NCBI GenBank assembly: GCA_002319815.1
Contig: DCFR01000008.1
Coordinates: forward strand, 52,062-116,061
Reading direction: 5' to 3'
DNA from: Megamonas sp. UBA1799
GTDB lineage: Bacteria; Bacillota; Negativicutes; Selenomonadales; Selenomonadaceae
Length of the DNA stretch: 64,000 bases
The notes beneath the pieces were generated by a model, which made no database searches, had not been told where the DNA came from, and saw only the letters and a program-made list of their open reading frames with translations. The position numbers and the translations under genes were made by a program. Within the stretch, counting starts at the first letter, position 1; every line of letters starts with the position of its first letter. This document shows positions 9,113-20,031 of the stretch, piece by piece.

Positions 9113-10783
9113 ATGAAAAATTATACGAAGTATAGAAAAGGGTATTACATGCCGCCGGTTATGGATTTCACTTGGGCGAAAAAAGAATACCCGGACCATG
9201 CGCCGGTTTGGTGCAGCGTGGATTTGCGGGACGGCAATCAATCGCTGATTATTCCGATGAGTTTGGATGAAAAGATAGAATTCTATAAGATGTTGGTTAA
9301 AATCGGCTTTAAAGAAATTGAGGTGGGTTTTCCGGCGGCTTCTGAAACCGAATATGCATTTCTGCGGAAATTGGTTGAAGATGATCTGATTCCGGACGAT
9401 GTGACCGTGCAGGTGTTGACACAGGCGCGGGAACATATCATTAAGAAGACTTTTGCAGCCCTGCAGGGCGTGAAGCATGCAATCGTTCATGTTTACAACT
9501 CGACTTCTGTCGCGCAGCGGGAACAAGTATTCCGGATGTCAAAGGAAGAAATCAAGCAGATTGCCGTAGACGGAGCAAAGCTTTTGAAGCAGCTTACGGA
9601 AGAAGCGGGCGCCGATTATCGGTTTGAGTATTCGCCGGAAAGTTTCACCGGCACGGAACCGGAATATGCGCTGGAGGTTTGCAATGCTGTGCTGGATGTC
9701 TGGCAGCCGACAGAAGAACGCAAAGCCATTATTAACATTCCGGTTACGGTAGAACTTTCCATGCCGCATGTTTATGCGATGCAAGTGGCGTATATTTCAC
9801 AGAATCTCAAGTATCGTGACCGCGTGGTTTTATCTTTGCATCCGCATAATGACCGCGGTTGCGGCGTGGCGGATTCTGAACTGGGATTGCTTGCCGGGGC
9901 GGATCGCATTGAAGGAACTTTGTTCGGCAATGGCGAACGTACCGGTAATGCTGATATTGTAACAATTGCGATGAATATGTTCGCATTGGGGGTAGATCCC
10001 AAGCTCGATTTTTCCCAGATGCCGCAATTGGTGGAAATGTATGAGCGCGTGACCCGCATGAATGTGCATGCAAGACAGCCGTATGCCGGGGAGCTTGTTT
10101 TTGCCGCTTTTTCCGGGTCCCATCAGGACGCAATAGCCAAGGGCATGAAGTACCGTGAAGAAAAAGATCCGAGTCGGTGGACGGTACCTTATCTGGCCAT
10201 TGATCCGAAGGATGTCGGGCGCCAATATGACGGCGATGTCATTCGGATTAACAGTCAATCCGGTAAGGGTGGCGTTGGCTTTATCATGGAACAGAAATAT
10301 GGCATTGTCATGCCGAAGAAAATGCGCGAGGATTTTGGCTATTGCGTGAAGAGCGTTTCGGATCATAAGCATAAGGAATTGATGCCGGATGAGCTTTATC
10401 AGATTTTCCAAACGGAATATGTGAATGTAGAAACACCGTATAAACTGGTGGATTTTTTCTTAAAAAAAGAGCCGGACGGCGTTCGTACCGGCGAGGTTCA
10501 TATGATTGTTTCCGGACGCGAAGTCACGTATCAGGCTCGCGGCAATGGCCGTCTGGATGCTGTCAGTAATGCGCTGCAGGAACATCTTGGCGTGAAATAT
10601 TCCAATCTCACCTACAGCGAACATGCCTTGGAAATAGGCTCGACTTCGCGGGCTATGGCTTATATCAGCATTATGGGTGAGGATGGGAAATATTATTGGG
10701 GCGCCGGAATGGATACCGATATTATTACGGCTTCGATTATGGCGCTGGTGAGCGCAATCAACCGTATGCAAAACCTTCATTAA
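9113..10783 (+). CDS. leuA: 2-isopropylmalate synthase, long (LeuA type 2) form
   Basis: 556 aa. WCSVDLRDGNQSL and HPHNDRGCGVA HMGL-like motifs plus a C-terminal LeuA dimerisation/regulatory domain. Confidence 0.9.
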   Translation: MKNYTKYRKGYYMPPVMDFTWAKKEYPDHAPVWCSVDLRDGNQSLIIPMSLDEKIEFYKMLVKIGFKEIEVGFPAASETEYAFLRKLVEDDLIPDDVTVQVLTQAREHIIKKTFAALQGVKHAIVHVYNSTSVAQREQVFRMSKEEIKQIAVDGAKLLKQLTEEAGADYRFEYSPESFTGTEPEYALEVCNAVLDVWQPTEERKAIINIPVTVELSMPHVYAMQVAYISQNLKYRDRVVLSLHPHNDRGCGVADSELGLLAGADRIEGTLFGNGERTGNADIVTIAMNMFALGVDPKLDFSQMPQLVEMYERVTRMNVHARQPYAGELVFAAFSGSHQDAIAKGMKYREEKDPSRWTVPYLAIDPKDVGRQYDGDVIRINSQSGKGGVGFIMEQKYGIVMPKKMREDFGYCVKSVSDHKHKELMPDELYQIFQTEYVNVETPYKLVDFFLKKEPDGVRTGEVHMIVSGREVTYQARGNGRLDAVSNALQEHLGVKYSNLTYSEHALEIGSTSRAMAYISIMGEDGKYYWGAGMDTDIITASIMALVSAINRMQNLH

Positions 10784-10797
10784 ATAAGCGAAAAAAA

Positions 10798-10829
10798 GAC
10801 AATGTCGACGTTAGCATTGTCTTTTTTTT
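10798..10829 (+). terminator. rho-independent terminator after leuA
   Basis: Stem GACAATG/CATTGTC followed by T8; an A-tract upstream could allow bidirectional function. Confidence 0.7.
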
Positions 10830-10983
10830 GTCTATTTTTCAGTAAAAAATTTTAAAAATTTTTACTGAAAAAAAAGGAAAATAGAAAGCAGTTGTCGAAT
10901 ACATGTATTAAAGTAATACAAATAATGCCTTTTGGTAATGATTGCATTACATAGTTACAAAAATATGGCAGAGGAGAACGATT

Positions 10984-12252
10984 ATGGGACAGGATAAGAA
11001 TGTTAGTACAGAGACATGGTTAAAGTATTGTCAGAGTGCACTGCGTAACTTCTTTCATCAGGAAACTGCCGGCGGCATTGTGCTGCTGCTTTGTGCAGTG
11101 CTGGCGATGGTTCTTGCTAATACGGGCGTATCCGGTGTATATGAACGGGTTCTCGAATACCCGCTTGGTGTTGGACCGTATTCTATGACTGTGCTGGAAT
11201 GGATCAACGATGGTCTGATGGCGGTATTCTTTTTTGTGGTTGGGATGGAAATCAAAACCGAGTTCCTGTTTGGTGAGCTTCAGAAACCATCGGCAACTCT
11301 GCTGCCGGTCATCGGAGCTCTGGGCGGCATGGCAGTGCCGGCCCTGATCTATGCTCTTATTAATTATGGCGGTCCTTATATGCGCGGCTGCGGCGTGCCG
11401 GTAGCTACCGATATCGCTTTTTCTCTGGGCGTGCTTACGTTTGCTGCCAGTAAAGCGCCGCGCAGCATTGCTGTTTTTCTGGTGACGCTGGCAGTTGCGG
11501 ATGATCTTGGCGGCATTATTGTCATTGCTCTGTTTTACAATTCGGATATCAACTGGATGATGCTGGGACTTAGCGCGGCTGTTATTGCCGTGCTGTATGC
11601 TTTTTGTAAGAAACAGGTGCATTCTATGCCGCTCTATGTTGTGGGTGGGCTGTTGCTTTGGTATCTTTTCCGCGGCGCCGGAATCCATCCGACGATTGCC
11701 GGCGTTATCCTCGGCTTTTGCATTCCGGCAGCCCGTACGGCCGATACGATGAAAGAGGGGCTTTTGTATAAGCTTTATACCTGGCTGACGCCGTGGTCTT
11801 CCTTTGGCATCATGCCTTTATTTGCGCTGTCCAATGCCGGTATAGCTCTGAGTTTTGCCAATTTTAGCCATGTATTTTCCCCCATAGGCTTGGGCATTCT
11901 TCTTGGCCTTTGCATTGGTAAACCGATTGGCATATTCCTGACGGCATTCACGCTTATTAAACTGCATATTGTTGATATGCCGGCTGGAGCTAAGTTTCGG
12001 CATTTTGCCGGCGTCGGTATTCTGGGCGGCATCGGCTTTACCGTTTCGTTGTTTATTGCTTCTCTGGCATTTACGGATCCGGGCGATCTCATGGTGGCAA
12101 AGACGGCCATTGTTTGCGCTTCGGTAATCGCCAGTGTTGTCGGTACGCTGGTCTTTAAGGTTATTTTGCATAAAGATGCGGAAGAGAATGAAAATAACCA
12201 CCATAATGCTGCCGGGCATATGACGGAAGCTTCTCTGCGGGAACCGGCCTGA
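10984..12252 (+). CDS. nhaA: Na+/H+ antiporter NhaA
   Basis: Multi-TM protein with NhaA motifs (WINDGLMAVFFFVVGMEIK, VATDIAF). GAGGAG SD lies before the ATG at 10984. Confidence 0.9.
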   Translation: MGQDKNVSTETWLKYCQSALRNFFHQETAGGIVLLLCAVLAMVLANTGVSGVYERVLEYPLGVGPYSMTVLEWINDGLMAVFFFVVGMEIKTEFLFGELQKPSATLLPVIGALGGMAVPALIYALINYGGPYMRGCGVPVATDIAFSLGVLTFAASKAPRSIAVFLVTLAVADDLGGIIVIALFYNSDINWMMLGLSAAVIAVLYAFCKKQVHSMPLYVVGGLLLWYLFRGAGIHPTIAGVILGFCIPAARTADTMKEGLLYKLYTWLTPWSSFGIMPLFALSNAGIALSFANFSHVFSPIGLGILLGLCIGKPIGIFLTAFTLIKLHIVDMPAGAKFRHFAGVGILGGIGFTVSLFIASLAFTDPGDLMVAKTAIVCASVIASVVGTLVFKVILHKDAEENENNHHNAAGHMTEASLREPA

Positions 12253-12274
12253 AATTAGCCAAAACATCATATGT

Positions 12275-13702
12275 TTACGATAGAAGCCGGCTCAGTATAT
12301 GGAGTCCGGCTTCTATTTGCGCCGGAGTGAGGGTGGCGAAACTCAGCCGCAGATGACTGGTATCTGTCCGCAGGGGATAAAAGCCGCTGCCGTCGGTGAG
12401 AATCAGACCGTTTTGGGCGGCGGCGGCACAGAGCGCGGTGCTGTTTATTCCCTCGGACAGAACGCCCCAAAAGGAAAGTCCGCCCTGCGGGTGTAAAAGT
12501 CGGATTTTATCCGGCAGCAAAAAGCGGGCGCGTTCTTCGGTATATTGATAGTGCGTCCGATAAATGCGGCGGATGGCGCGGATATGCTGCTGCCAGATTC
12601 CTTCGCGCAGATAAAGATCGAAGACGCGCTGCGTCAAGCCGGAGGTTGAGAGATCTGCCAGCCGTTTGACCTTTAAAATACGATCGGCCAGAGCTGAGGG
12701 CATCGTGAGGAATGCCAGCCGCAGACCTGGCATAAAAATTTTTGAGAAACTTTTTAAATAGATAATTCGGTCATCCCGGTCCATGACTTTCAGCGGCAGC
12801 AATGGTTGTTTGGCATAGCTGAGTTCGCGAATATAATCGTCTTCGAGAACATAAACGTTATAGTAACGCGCCAGCCCCATGAGACGAGAGCGGGTTTCAC
12901 GGTCATAAGTAATACCGGTCGGGTTTTGCAGATTGGGCATGATGTACAGCAGCCGGGGATGAAAACGGCGCAGCTGCTCTTCCAGTATGGCGAGGTCGAT
13001 GCCGCTGCGGCAGAGCGGAATGCCGATGATTTTTGCGCCGCGGGCCCGAAATGCGGCGATGGCGCCAGGGTAGGTCGGTGATTCGGTAAAGACGTAATCC
13101 CCGTGGGCAAGCAGGGCACGGGCAATGATATCAATCCCCTGCTGGGCGCCGGAGATGATTTGCAGATGGCCGGCAGTAGTATGAATGCCGGACAAGGCAA
13201 GGTAGGCGGTCAGGGACTCGCGCAGCGGGCCAAAGCCCTGACTTTCCTGATAGCTGAAAGCGTGTCCTTGATCGCGGTCCAGTACTTTGAGAATCAATCT
13301 TTTGAATTGCTCAATCGAGATGATATCTGGATTAAGCGATATGCTGCTCATGTCGATGTTGCTGCCGGACGGATCATGTTCTGTGGCGGGAATTTCAAAC
13401 AAGTCAATACTGTCCTCTGGTTCTTGTTCGGGTGAAGTGGGCAATTCGGCGACAAAGCTGCCGGCGCCGGCGCGGGAACGAATGTAGCCGTTTTGTTCCA
13501 GCTCGCGGTAGGCACTGACTACAGTGCCGGGGTTGATACCAAGCCGGGCGGCGAGTTTTCGGACCGGCGGCAGCAGGTAGCCGGGCGTAATCTGCCCATT
13601 TTGGATGCGGCTGAGAATCGTATTGTAGAGCTGTGCGTACAGCGGTGTCTTCTGCCGCCGCGATATTTTTATCGAAGAAAAATCATTCAAGGAATCAGGC
13701 AT
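12275..13702 (-). CDS. MocR-family regulator (GntR wHTH fused to a PLP aminotransferase-like domain)
   Basis: 475 aa. N-terminal PLYAQLYNTILSRIQNGQITPGYLLPPVRKLAARLGINPGTVVSAYRELE is a GntR HTH. The C-terminal fold-type I aminotransferase domain contains SFSKIFMPGLRLA (PLP lysine). Confidence 0.9.
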   Translation of the reverse strand: MPDSLNDFSSIKISRRQKTPLYAQLYNTILSRIQNGQITPGYLLPPVRKLAARLGINPGTVVSAYRELEQNGYIRSRAGAGSFVAELPTSPEQEPEDSIDLFEIPATEHDPSGSNIDMSSISLNPDIISIEQFKRLILKVLDRDQGHAFSYQESQGFGPLRESLTAYLALSGIHTTAGHLQIISGAQQGIDIIARALLAHGDYVFTESPTYPGAIAAFRARGAKIIGIPLCRSGIDLAILEEQLRRFHPRLLYIMPNLQNPTGITYDRETRSRLMGLARYYNVYVLEDDYIRELSYAKQPLLPLKVMDRDDRIIYLKSFSKIFMPGLRLAFLTMPSALADRILKVKRLADLSTSGLTQRVFDLYLREGIWQQHIRAIRRIYRTHYQYTEERARFLLPDKIRLLHPQGGLSFWGVLSEGINSTALCAAAAQNGLILTDGSGFYPLRTDTSHLRLSFATLTPAQIEAGLHILSRLLS

Positions 13703-13958
13703 AACCTGTTCCTCCTTTCTATGGTTTTTACTATATTGTATTGATACAATGATTGTAACAGGTTTACAAAAAAATACAATCGACTATTCTTGTAAATTTA
13801 AGCTTGCAATAAAAGACATCCGTTTTTATAGGATAGATGTATAGTTTATGGTGATGAGTACATAAATTTGTATAAATTAAGTTGACAATCCTGGATATGC
13901 ATGCTAACATAAGAATATAGTTTCGATTTTATATTTTATTTGTGAGGAGGTTTTATTG

Positions 13959-14138
13959 ATGAAGAGAAAAACGTATATGATGATTGCGTCTGTTCTCATG
14001 CTCCTGAGTTTTGTTTCTGCTTATGCGGAACAAGGACAGCATCAAAAAGCCGAATCGGTAGTTCAGAACGAGATTCAAAGCGCTGATTCGGTGAGCGGGG
14101 AAGCGCCCGTGCTGCTGATGAGCAATCATAAATCGTAA
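13959..14138 (+). CDS. small secreted protein (signal peptide plus about 36 aa), unknown function
   Basis: GGAGG SD. Signal peptide MKRKTYMMIASVLMLLSFVSAYA. Promoter TTGACA-17-TAACAT at 13882-13910. Strong terminator downstream. Confidence 0.4.
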   Translation: MKRKTYMMIASVLMLLSFVSAYAEQGQHQKAESVVQNEIQSADSVSGEAPVLLMSNHKS

Positions 14139-14186
14139 GCTATGGATACGCTGTCCGGACATCTTGGATATTCGGACAGCTGGCCG

Positions 14187-14214
14187 GGGGACTGCCATGC
14201 GGCAGTCCCCTTTT
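14187..14214 (+). terminator. rho-independent terminator
   Basis: Perfect 10 bp stem GGGGACTGCC/GGCAGTCCCC, 4 nt loop, TTTT. A second hairpin (CTGTCCG/CGGACAG) lies at 14151-14179. Confidence 0.7.
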
Positions 14215-14377
14215 CTAACTCTTATTCCCCCTAAAATACTTGTATTTCCTTGCTATTTATGATATTATGCTTTGTATGGCGTATTGGGACTATGGCTGTT
14301 TTATGTGACGCAGGCTGTTCGGGTAAGCCAGAATATGAAAATAAAATAACAGATAAAACAGGAGGTCATTTTAGACA

Positions 14378-15667
14378 ATGAAAGTTACGGCAGAGAACAT
14401 AGACAACCAGCAAGTTGTTCTGGAAATCGAGGTATCGGCAGACGAGTGGGGCAAGGCCATTCAGCAGGCGGTCACGAAAGTTGCGAACCAGGTAAATATC
14501 CCGGGCTTCCGCAAGGGGAAGGCTCCGCGCCGCATTCTGGAACAGCATGTCGGACAGAAGGCTCTTCTTGACGAGGCTTATGAAATTGCCGCGCCGAAAG
14601 CATTTGATGCGGCGCTGAAGGAGCAGAAGATTGAACTTGCTGCGTATCCAAAGTTCGAAACGGTAACGGCAGAAGATGGCAAGCCGTTGGTCTTTAAAGC
14701 TACAGTTACGCCTAAACCGGAAGTTCAGCTGGGCGAATATAAAGGTCTTAAAATTGCCAAAAAACCGGCAGAAGTGTCGGAAGAAGAAGTGGACAAGCAT
14801 ATCGAGCAGATGCGGGATCGTCAGGCACAGATGGTGGAAGCTCCGGCGGATGCAGTCGTTGCTGACGGCGATTTTACAACGCTTGATTTCAAGGGATTTG
14901 TGGATGGCGAGGCTTTTGACGGCGGCGAGGGCAAGGATTATCCGCTGCAGATTGGTTCCAAGAGCTTTATTCCCGGATTTGAGGATCAGCTGATCGGCGC
15001 AAAAATTGGCGAAGAACGCGAAGTCAAGGTCGCTTTCCCGGAAGATTATCATGAGAAAAAGCTGGCTGGTAAACCGGCTGTCTTTAAATGCACCGTCCGG
15101 ACGATAAAACATAAAGAGCTGCCGGCACTTGACGATGCTTTTGCAGCGAAGGTCAGTGTTTTCAAGACGCTGGCTGAGCTGAAGCAGGATGTTCGCGCCA
15201 AGATGGAAAAGACGGCGGCGACGAAGGCAGAAAATGACCGTCGGGCAGAGGCCATTCAACAGGCAGCGGATAATATTACGGTGACGGTTCCACCGGTTAT
15301 GGTAGATGACCGCGTAACGCAGATGATTCAGGAATTGTCGATGCGTCTGGAACAGCAAGGGCTGAAGTTTGAACAGTATCTGCAGTATTCCGGCACGGAT
15401 ATCGCCAAGATCCGCGAGGATTATCGCGAAAATGCGGAAAAGAATGTCAGAACCGATCTTATGCTGGAAGCAGTTGCCAAAGCTGAAGGCGTAAAAGTAG
15501 AAGCAGCTGATCTGGACAGCGAGATTGCCATGATGGCGCAGGCCTATGGCGCGACTGTAGAACAGGTCAGAAAGATTATTCAGGAACAGGGACGTATCGG
15601 CGATTTGGCCGTAACGGTTCTGCGCCGTAAGACGGCACAGCTTATCGTTGACAGCCTGACGGAATAA
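14378..15667 (+). CDS. tig: trigger factor
   Basis: 429 aa. GFRKGKAPRRILE ribosome-binding motif and an FKBP domain. tig-clpP-clpX synteny. Confidence 0.95.
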   Translation: MKVTAENIDNQQVVLEIEVSADEWGKAIQQAVTKVANQVNIPGFRKGKAPRRILEQHVGQKALLDEAYEIAAPKAFDAALKEQKIELAAYPKFETVTAEDGKPLVFKATVTPKPEVQLGEYKGLKIAKKPAEVSEEEVDKHIEQMRDRQAQMVEAPADAVVADGDFTTLDFKGFVDGEAFDGGEGKDYPLQIGSKSFIPGFEDQLIGAKIGEEREVKVAFPEDYHEKKLAGKPAVFKCTVRTIKHKELPALDDAFAAKVSVFKTLAELKQDVRAKMEKTAATKAENDRRAEAIQQAADNITVTVPPVMVDDRVTQMIQELSMRLEQQGLKFEQYLQYSGTDIAKIREDYRENAEKNVRTDLMLEAVAKAEGVKVEAADLDSEIAMMAQAYGATVEQVRKIIQEQGRIGDLAVTVLRRKTAQLIVDSLTE

Positions 15668-15698
15668 TTTCCTGTTCCGTACTGGGTGGGGTGATTAA

Positions 15699-16310
15699 AT
15701 GGGTTATTATGTACCAATGGTAGTGGAAAGATCGAATCGCGGCGAACGCGCATATGATATTTATTCCCGTTTGCTCAAGGACCGTATCGTTTTCCTTGGC
15801 GGTCCGATTGATGATAATGTGGCGAACGTTGTCGTCGCGCAGTTGTTGTTTTTAGAGTCGGAGGATCCCGACAAAGATATTCATCTGTATATTAACAGTC
15901 CGGGTGGTGTCGTGACGGCTGGTTTGGCAATTTATGATACCATGCAGTATATCAAGCCGGATGTTTCGACCATCTGTATTGGGCAGGCAGCCAGCATGGG
16001 TTCGCTCTTACTGACGGCCGGCGCGCCGGGCAAGCGTTATGCGCTGCCGCTGGCCCGTATTATGATTCATCAGCCGCTGGGCGGGGCGCAGGGGCAGTCT
16101 ACGGATATTCAGATTCAGGCGAAGGAAATCCTGCGCCTGCGTGAAGTCGGCAACGATATTCTCGTGAAGCATACCGGAAGAGCTCGTGAGAAGGTCATGG
16201 CGGATACGGAGCGGGACAATTTCATGAGTGCGGAGGAAGCGAAGGCTTATGGGCTGATCGATCAGGTGATCACGGCCCGTCCAGCGAAGAAGACTGAGCC
16301 GGAGGACTGA
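15699..16310 (+). CDS. clpP: ATP-dependent Clp protease proteolytic subunit
   Basis: [24 protein letters not shown] and [11 protein letters not shown] (active-site Ser) are canonical ClpP. Confidence 0.95.
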   Translation: MGYYVPMVVERSNRGERAYDIYSRLLKDRIVFLGGPIDDNVANVVVAQLLFLESEDPDKDIHLYINSPGGVVTAGLAIYDTMQYIKPDVSTICIGQAASMGSLLLTAGAPGKRYALPLARIMIHQPLGGAQGQSTDIQIQAKEILRLREVGNDILVKHTGRAREKVMADTERDNFMSAEEAKAYGLIDQVITARPAKKTEPED

Positions 16311-16321
16311 GGGGTGGTATC

Positions 16322-17599
16322 ATGTTGAAGTTTGGCGAAGAAAAGGGGCAGCTGAAATGCTCGTTTTGCGGTAAATCCCAGGAACAAGTCAGGAAACTGG
16401 TTGCCGGTCCGGGCGTTTATATCTGCGATGAGTGCATTGAGCTCTGCAACGAAATCATTGAGGAAGAATTTAGTGAGGACGTTGAGGTTGAACTAAAGGA
16501 TGTACCCAAACCAAAGGACATCAGACAGACACTTGATCAGTACGTGATTGGTCAGGACGAAGCTAAAAAGTCTTTGTCCGTAGCTGTTTATAATCATTAC
16601 AAGCGTATTAATATGGGACCGGTCAAGAGTGAGGATGTTGAGCTGCAAAAGTCCAACATTCTTATGCTGGGGCCGACGGGCAGCGGCAAGACGCTTTTGG
16701 CGCAGACACTGGCCCGGATTATTAATGTTCCGTTTGCTATTGCCGATGCAACTTCTTTGACGGAAGCCGGTTATGTGGGCGAGGATGTTGAGAACATTCT
16801 TCTAAAGCTGATTCAGGCTGCGGATTATGATGTGGAAAAAGCCGAAAAGGGCATTGTCTATATTGATGAAATCGATAAGATTGCCCGTAAATCGGAAAAT
16901 CCTTCTATTACGCGGGATGTATCCGGCGAAGGGGTGCAGCAGGCTCTGCTGAAAATTCTTGAGGGCACGGTAGCTTCCGTACCGCCGCAGGGTGGCCGTA
17001 AGCATCCGCATCAGGAATTGATTCAGATTGATACGACGAATATTCTTTTTATCTGCGGCGGCGCTTTTGATGGCATTGAAAAGATTATTGAGGAACGTCT
17101 GGGTAAAAAAAATATGGGGTTTGGCGCATTTATCGAGTCGCGGACGGAGCATAATATTGGCGAAACTCTGCGGCAGGTATTGCCGGAGGATTTACTCAAA
17201 AATGGTTTGATTCCAGAGTTTGTCGGCCGGCTGCCGATTGTGGTGACGTTGGATGCTCTGGGAGAAGAAGCTTTGATGAATATCCTTACGGAGCCAAAGA
17301 ATGCGTTAATTAAACAGTATCAGAAACTTTTGGAATTGGACGGCGTCAAGCTGGTATTCGAGGATGAGGCTTTGCGGTTGATTGCCCGGGAAGCGCTGCA
17401 GCGAAAAACAGGTGCTCGCGGACTGCGTGCGATCATTGAAGGCATCATGCGCAATATTATGTATGAGGTTCCATCGGCGGAGGGAGTCTCGCTCTGCCGG
17501 GTGACGAAGGATGTTGTCAGCGGACATACCGATCCGATTCTTACCATGGATAAAAAGAAACCAAAAAAACTTCTTGATAATAGGGAAGTATCGGCCTGA
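16322..17599 (+). CDS. clpX: ATP-dependent Clp protease ATP-binding subunit ClpX
   Basis: Zinc finger CSFCGK...CDEC, Walker A GPTGSGKT, Walker [10 protein letters not shown]. Confidence 0.95.
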   Translation: MLKFGEEKGQLKCSFCGKSQEQVRKLVAGPGVYICDECIELCNEIIEEEFSEDVEVELKDVPKPKDIRQTLDQYVIGQDEAKKSLSVAVYNHYKRINMGPVKSEDVELQKSNILMLGPTGSGKTLLAQTLARIINVPFAIADATSLTEAGYVGEDVENILLKLIQAADYDVEKAEKGIVYIDEIDKIARKSENPSITRDVSGEGVQQALLKILEGTVASVPPQGGRKHPHQELIQIDTTNILFICGGAFDGIEKIIEERLGKKNMGFGAFIESRTEHNIGETLRQVLPEDLLKNGLIPEFVGRLPIVVTLDALGEEALMNILTEPKNALIKQYQKLLELDGVKLVFEDEALRLIAREALQRKTGARGLRAIIEGIMRNIMYEVPSAEGVSLCRVTKDVVSGHTDPILTMDKKKPKKLLDNREVSA

Positions 17600-17615
17600 G
17601 AGGATACCGGTACGG

Positions 17616-17647
17616 GGGACGCTGCCGCTCGGCAGCGCCTCTTTTTT
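17616..17647 (+). terminator. rho-independent terminator after clpX
   Basis: Stem CGCTGCC/GGCAGCG followed by a T-run. Confidence 0.55.
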
Positions 17648-17697
17648 ACTACATAAGGATATTTGCAGGGGTTTTGATGAACAGGAGGAACTTTTTT

Positions 17698-20028
17698 ATG
17701 AAGGAAAATTGTAAGATGCCGCTTCTGCCGCTTCGGGGCATGATGATTTTTCCCTATATGATTATTCATCTGGATGCCGGGCGGGATCGTTCCGTAGCGG
17801 CGTTGGAACAAGCAATGCTGCAGGATCATAAGCTGTTTCTGAGCGCACAGAAAAATGCCGAACTCGATGTGCCGCAGCGGGACGATGTCTATGAGATCGG
17901 CACGGTGGTGGAAGTACGGCAGTTATTGAAAATGCCGGGCGGAGCACTGCGGGTTTTGGTAGAAGGTCTGCATCGGGGCCGGATTGCCGGTTGGAATACT
18001 TTGGAAAAATACGATGAGGTTGTGGTAGATGAATATGCCGATGCCATTGACGGTTCTATGGAGATGGAGGCCCTGACTCGTACGGTTGTACATGAGTTTG
18101 AAGAATGGGTCAAACTGAATAAAAAGATTCCGCCGGAAACATTGGTTTCTGTTGCTATTATTGAGGATGCCGGTCGTCTTTCTGATCTGATTGCCAGCCA
18201 TATGAATTTAAAACTGGAAGACAAACAGGCGCTGTTGGAGCTGGTTGATGTCAAAGCGCGACTGGAACGTCTGTATGCTATTTTAGCCCGGGAACTGGAA
18301 GTTGCGGAACTGGAACGCAAAATCAGCACGCAGGTGCGGAAACAGATGGAAAAAATTCAGCGGGAATATTATTTGCGGGAGCAGATCAAGGCGATTCAGA
18401 AGGAACTTGGCGATAAGGATGGCAAACAGGCCGAAATTGAAGAATATCGGTCGAAACTGGATGCGGGGCAATATCCGGAGAATGTCCGCAAAGTCGTGGA
18501 TAAAGAGATTCATCGCATGGAAACTATGTCGAATCTTTCGGCGGAAACGAGTGTTATCCGCACTTATATTGATTGGCTGTTAGCACTTCCCTGGGAAACA
18601 GAGACGGCGGATACAATCAATCTGAAGAAGGCGGCCCGGGTTTTGGAGCATGACCATTATGGTCTGGAAAAAGTCAAGGAGCGCATTTTGGAATATCTGG
18701 CGGTTCATAAGCTGGCGTCGGAGCAGCCGGAGGAAGCCGGGTTGATGAAAGCGCCAATCCTTTGTCTGGTCGGGCCGCCGGGAGTAGGTAAAACATCGCT
18801 GGCGGCTTCCGTAGCCCGTGCTGTTGGACGGAAATTTGTCCGGGCGTCCCTGGGCGGCATTCGTGATGAAGCTGAGATTCGCGGGCATCGCCGCACCTAT
18901 GTGGGAGCTATGCCGGGACGTATTCTTGAAGGTCTTCGTACGGCTGGGACCAAAAATCCGGTATTTTTATTGGATGAAGTCGATAAACTGGATATGGACT
19001 ATAAAGGGGATCCGTCAGCTGCGTTGCTGGAAGTATTGGATCCTGCGCAGAATAAAACATTCAGCGATCATTATGTTGAATTACCGTTTGATTTGTCGCA
19101 GGTATTTTGGATTGTTACGGCGAATAATCTGGGGAATATACCGCGGGCGCTGCGGGATCGGATGGAAATCATCCTGCTTTCCAGCTATACTGAGCAGGAA
19201 AAACTGGAAATTGCCAAACGGTATCTGTTATTGCGGCAGCGGCGGGAAAACGGATTAAAAGCGCAGGAGCTGACACTGGCGAATGGCGTTTTATCCCGTA
19301 TTATTGCCGAATATACCCGGGAATCAGGGGTGCGTGAGCTGGAGCGGCTGATCGGGCATATTTGCCGCAAAGCGGCTCGGCGTATCGTGGAAGGTGACGC
19401 CAAGAGCGTGCGGGTAACTGTCAGTCAGTTGGAAGATTATCTGGGGCGTCCAAAGTTTACGCATACGAAGGCAGAAACTGAACCGCAGGTCGGTGTTTGC
19501 ACGGGAATGGCCTGGACCGAGGTTGGCGGCGATATTTTGCCGACAGAGGTTACAGTGCTTAAAGGCAGAGGAAAACTGATTCTCACGGGACAATTAGGCG
19601 ATGTGATGCAGGAGTCGGCGCAAGCGGGGCTGTCCTATATTCGCAGCCGGGTGCAGCAGTTCAATCTGCCGGGGGATTTCTATGAGAAACAGGATATCCA
19701 CATTCATCTGCCGGAGGGAGCCATTCCCAAGGATGGCCCTTCTGCCGGGATCACCATGACTACGGCGATGGTATCGGCGCTTACGCATAAAACAGTCCGG
19801 AGTGATGTTGCGATGACCGGAGAAATCACCCTGCGGGGACGGGTATTGCCGATTGGCGGCCTGAAGGAAAAAGTTCTCGCCGCTTATCGCGAGGGGATGC
19901 ATACGATTATTCTGCCAAAAGATAATGTGCGGGATATAGAAGACATTCCGGAAAATATACGCGCCCGACTGGAGTTTGTGCCGGTCGAAAATATGGATGA
20001 GGTTCTGAATCATGTATTGGAGAATTGA
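17698..20028 (+). CDS. lon: ATP-dependent Lon protease
   Basis: LON N-domain, Walker A GPPGVGKT, protease-domain motif [19 protein letters not shown] lies before the ATG at 17698. Confidence 0.93.
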   Translation: MKENCKMPLLPLRGMMIFPYMIIHLDAGRDRSVAALEQAMLQDHKLFLSAQKNAELDVPQRDDVYEIGTVVEVRQLLKMPGGALRVLVEGLHRGRIAGWNTLEKYDEVVVDEYADAIDGSMEMEALTRTVVHEFEEWVKLNKKIPPETLVSVAIIEDAGRLSDLIASHMNLKLEDKQALLELVDVKARLERLYAILARELEVAELERKISTQVRKQMEKIQREYYLREQIKAIQKELGDKDGKQAEIEEYRSKLDAGQYPENVRKVVDKEIHRMETMSNLSAETSVIRTYIDWLLALPWETETADTINLKKAARVLEHDHYGLEKVKERILEYLAVHKLASEQPEEAGLMKAPILCLVGPPGVGKTSLAASVARAVGRKFVRASLGGIRDEAEIRGHRRTYVGAMPGRILEGLRTAGTKNPVFLLDEVDKLDMDYKGDPSAALLEVLDPAQNKTFSDHYVELPFDLSQVFWIVTANNLGNIPRALRDRMEIILLSSYTEQEKLEIAKRYLLLRQRRENGLKAQELTLANGVLSRIIAEYTRESGVRELERLIGHICRKAARRIVEGDAKSVRVTVSQLEDYLGRPKFTHTKAETEPQVGVCTGMAWTEVGGDILPTEVTVLKGRGKLILTGQLGDVMQESAQAGLSYIRSRVQQFNLPGDFYEKQDIHIHLPEGAIPKDGPSAGITMTTAMVSALTHKTVRSDVAMTGEITLRGRVLPIGGLKEKVLAAYREGMHTIILPKDNVRDIEDIPENIRARLEFVPVENMDEVLNHVLEN

Positions 20029-20031
20029 ATA

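Noticed and set aside
14366-15358. 330 aa ORF on the minus strand.
   Set aside because: It is antisense to trigger factor. The composition is leucine/arginine/phenylalanine-rich, with no motifs.
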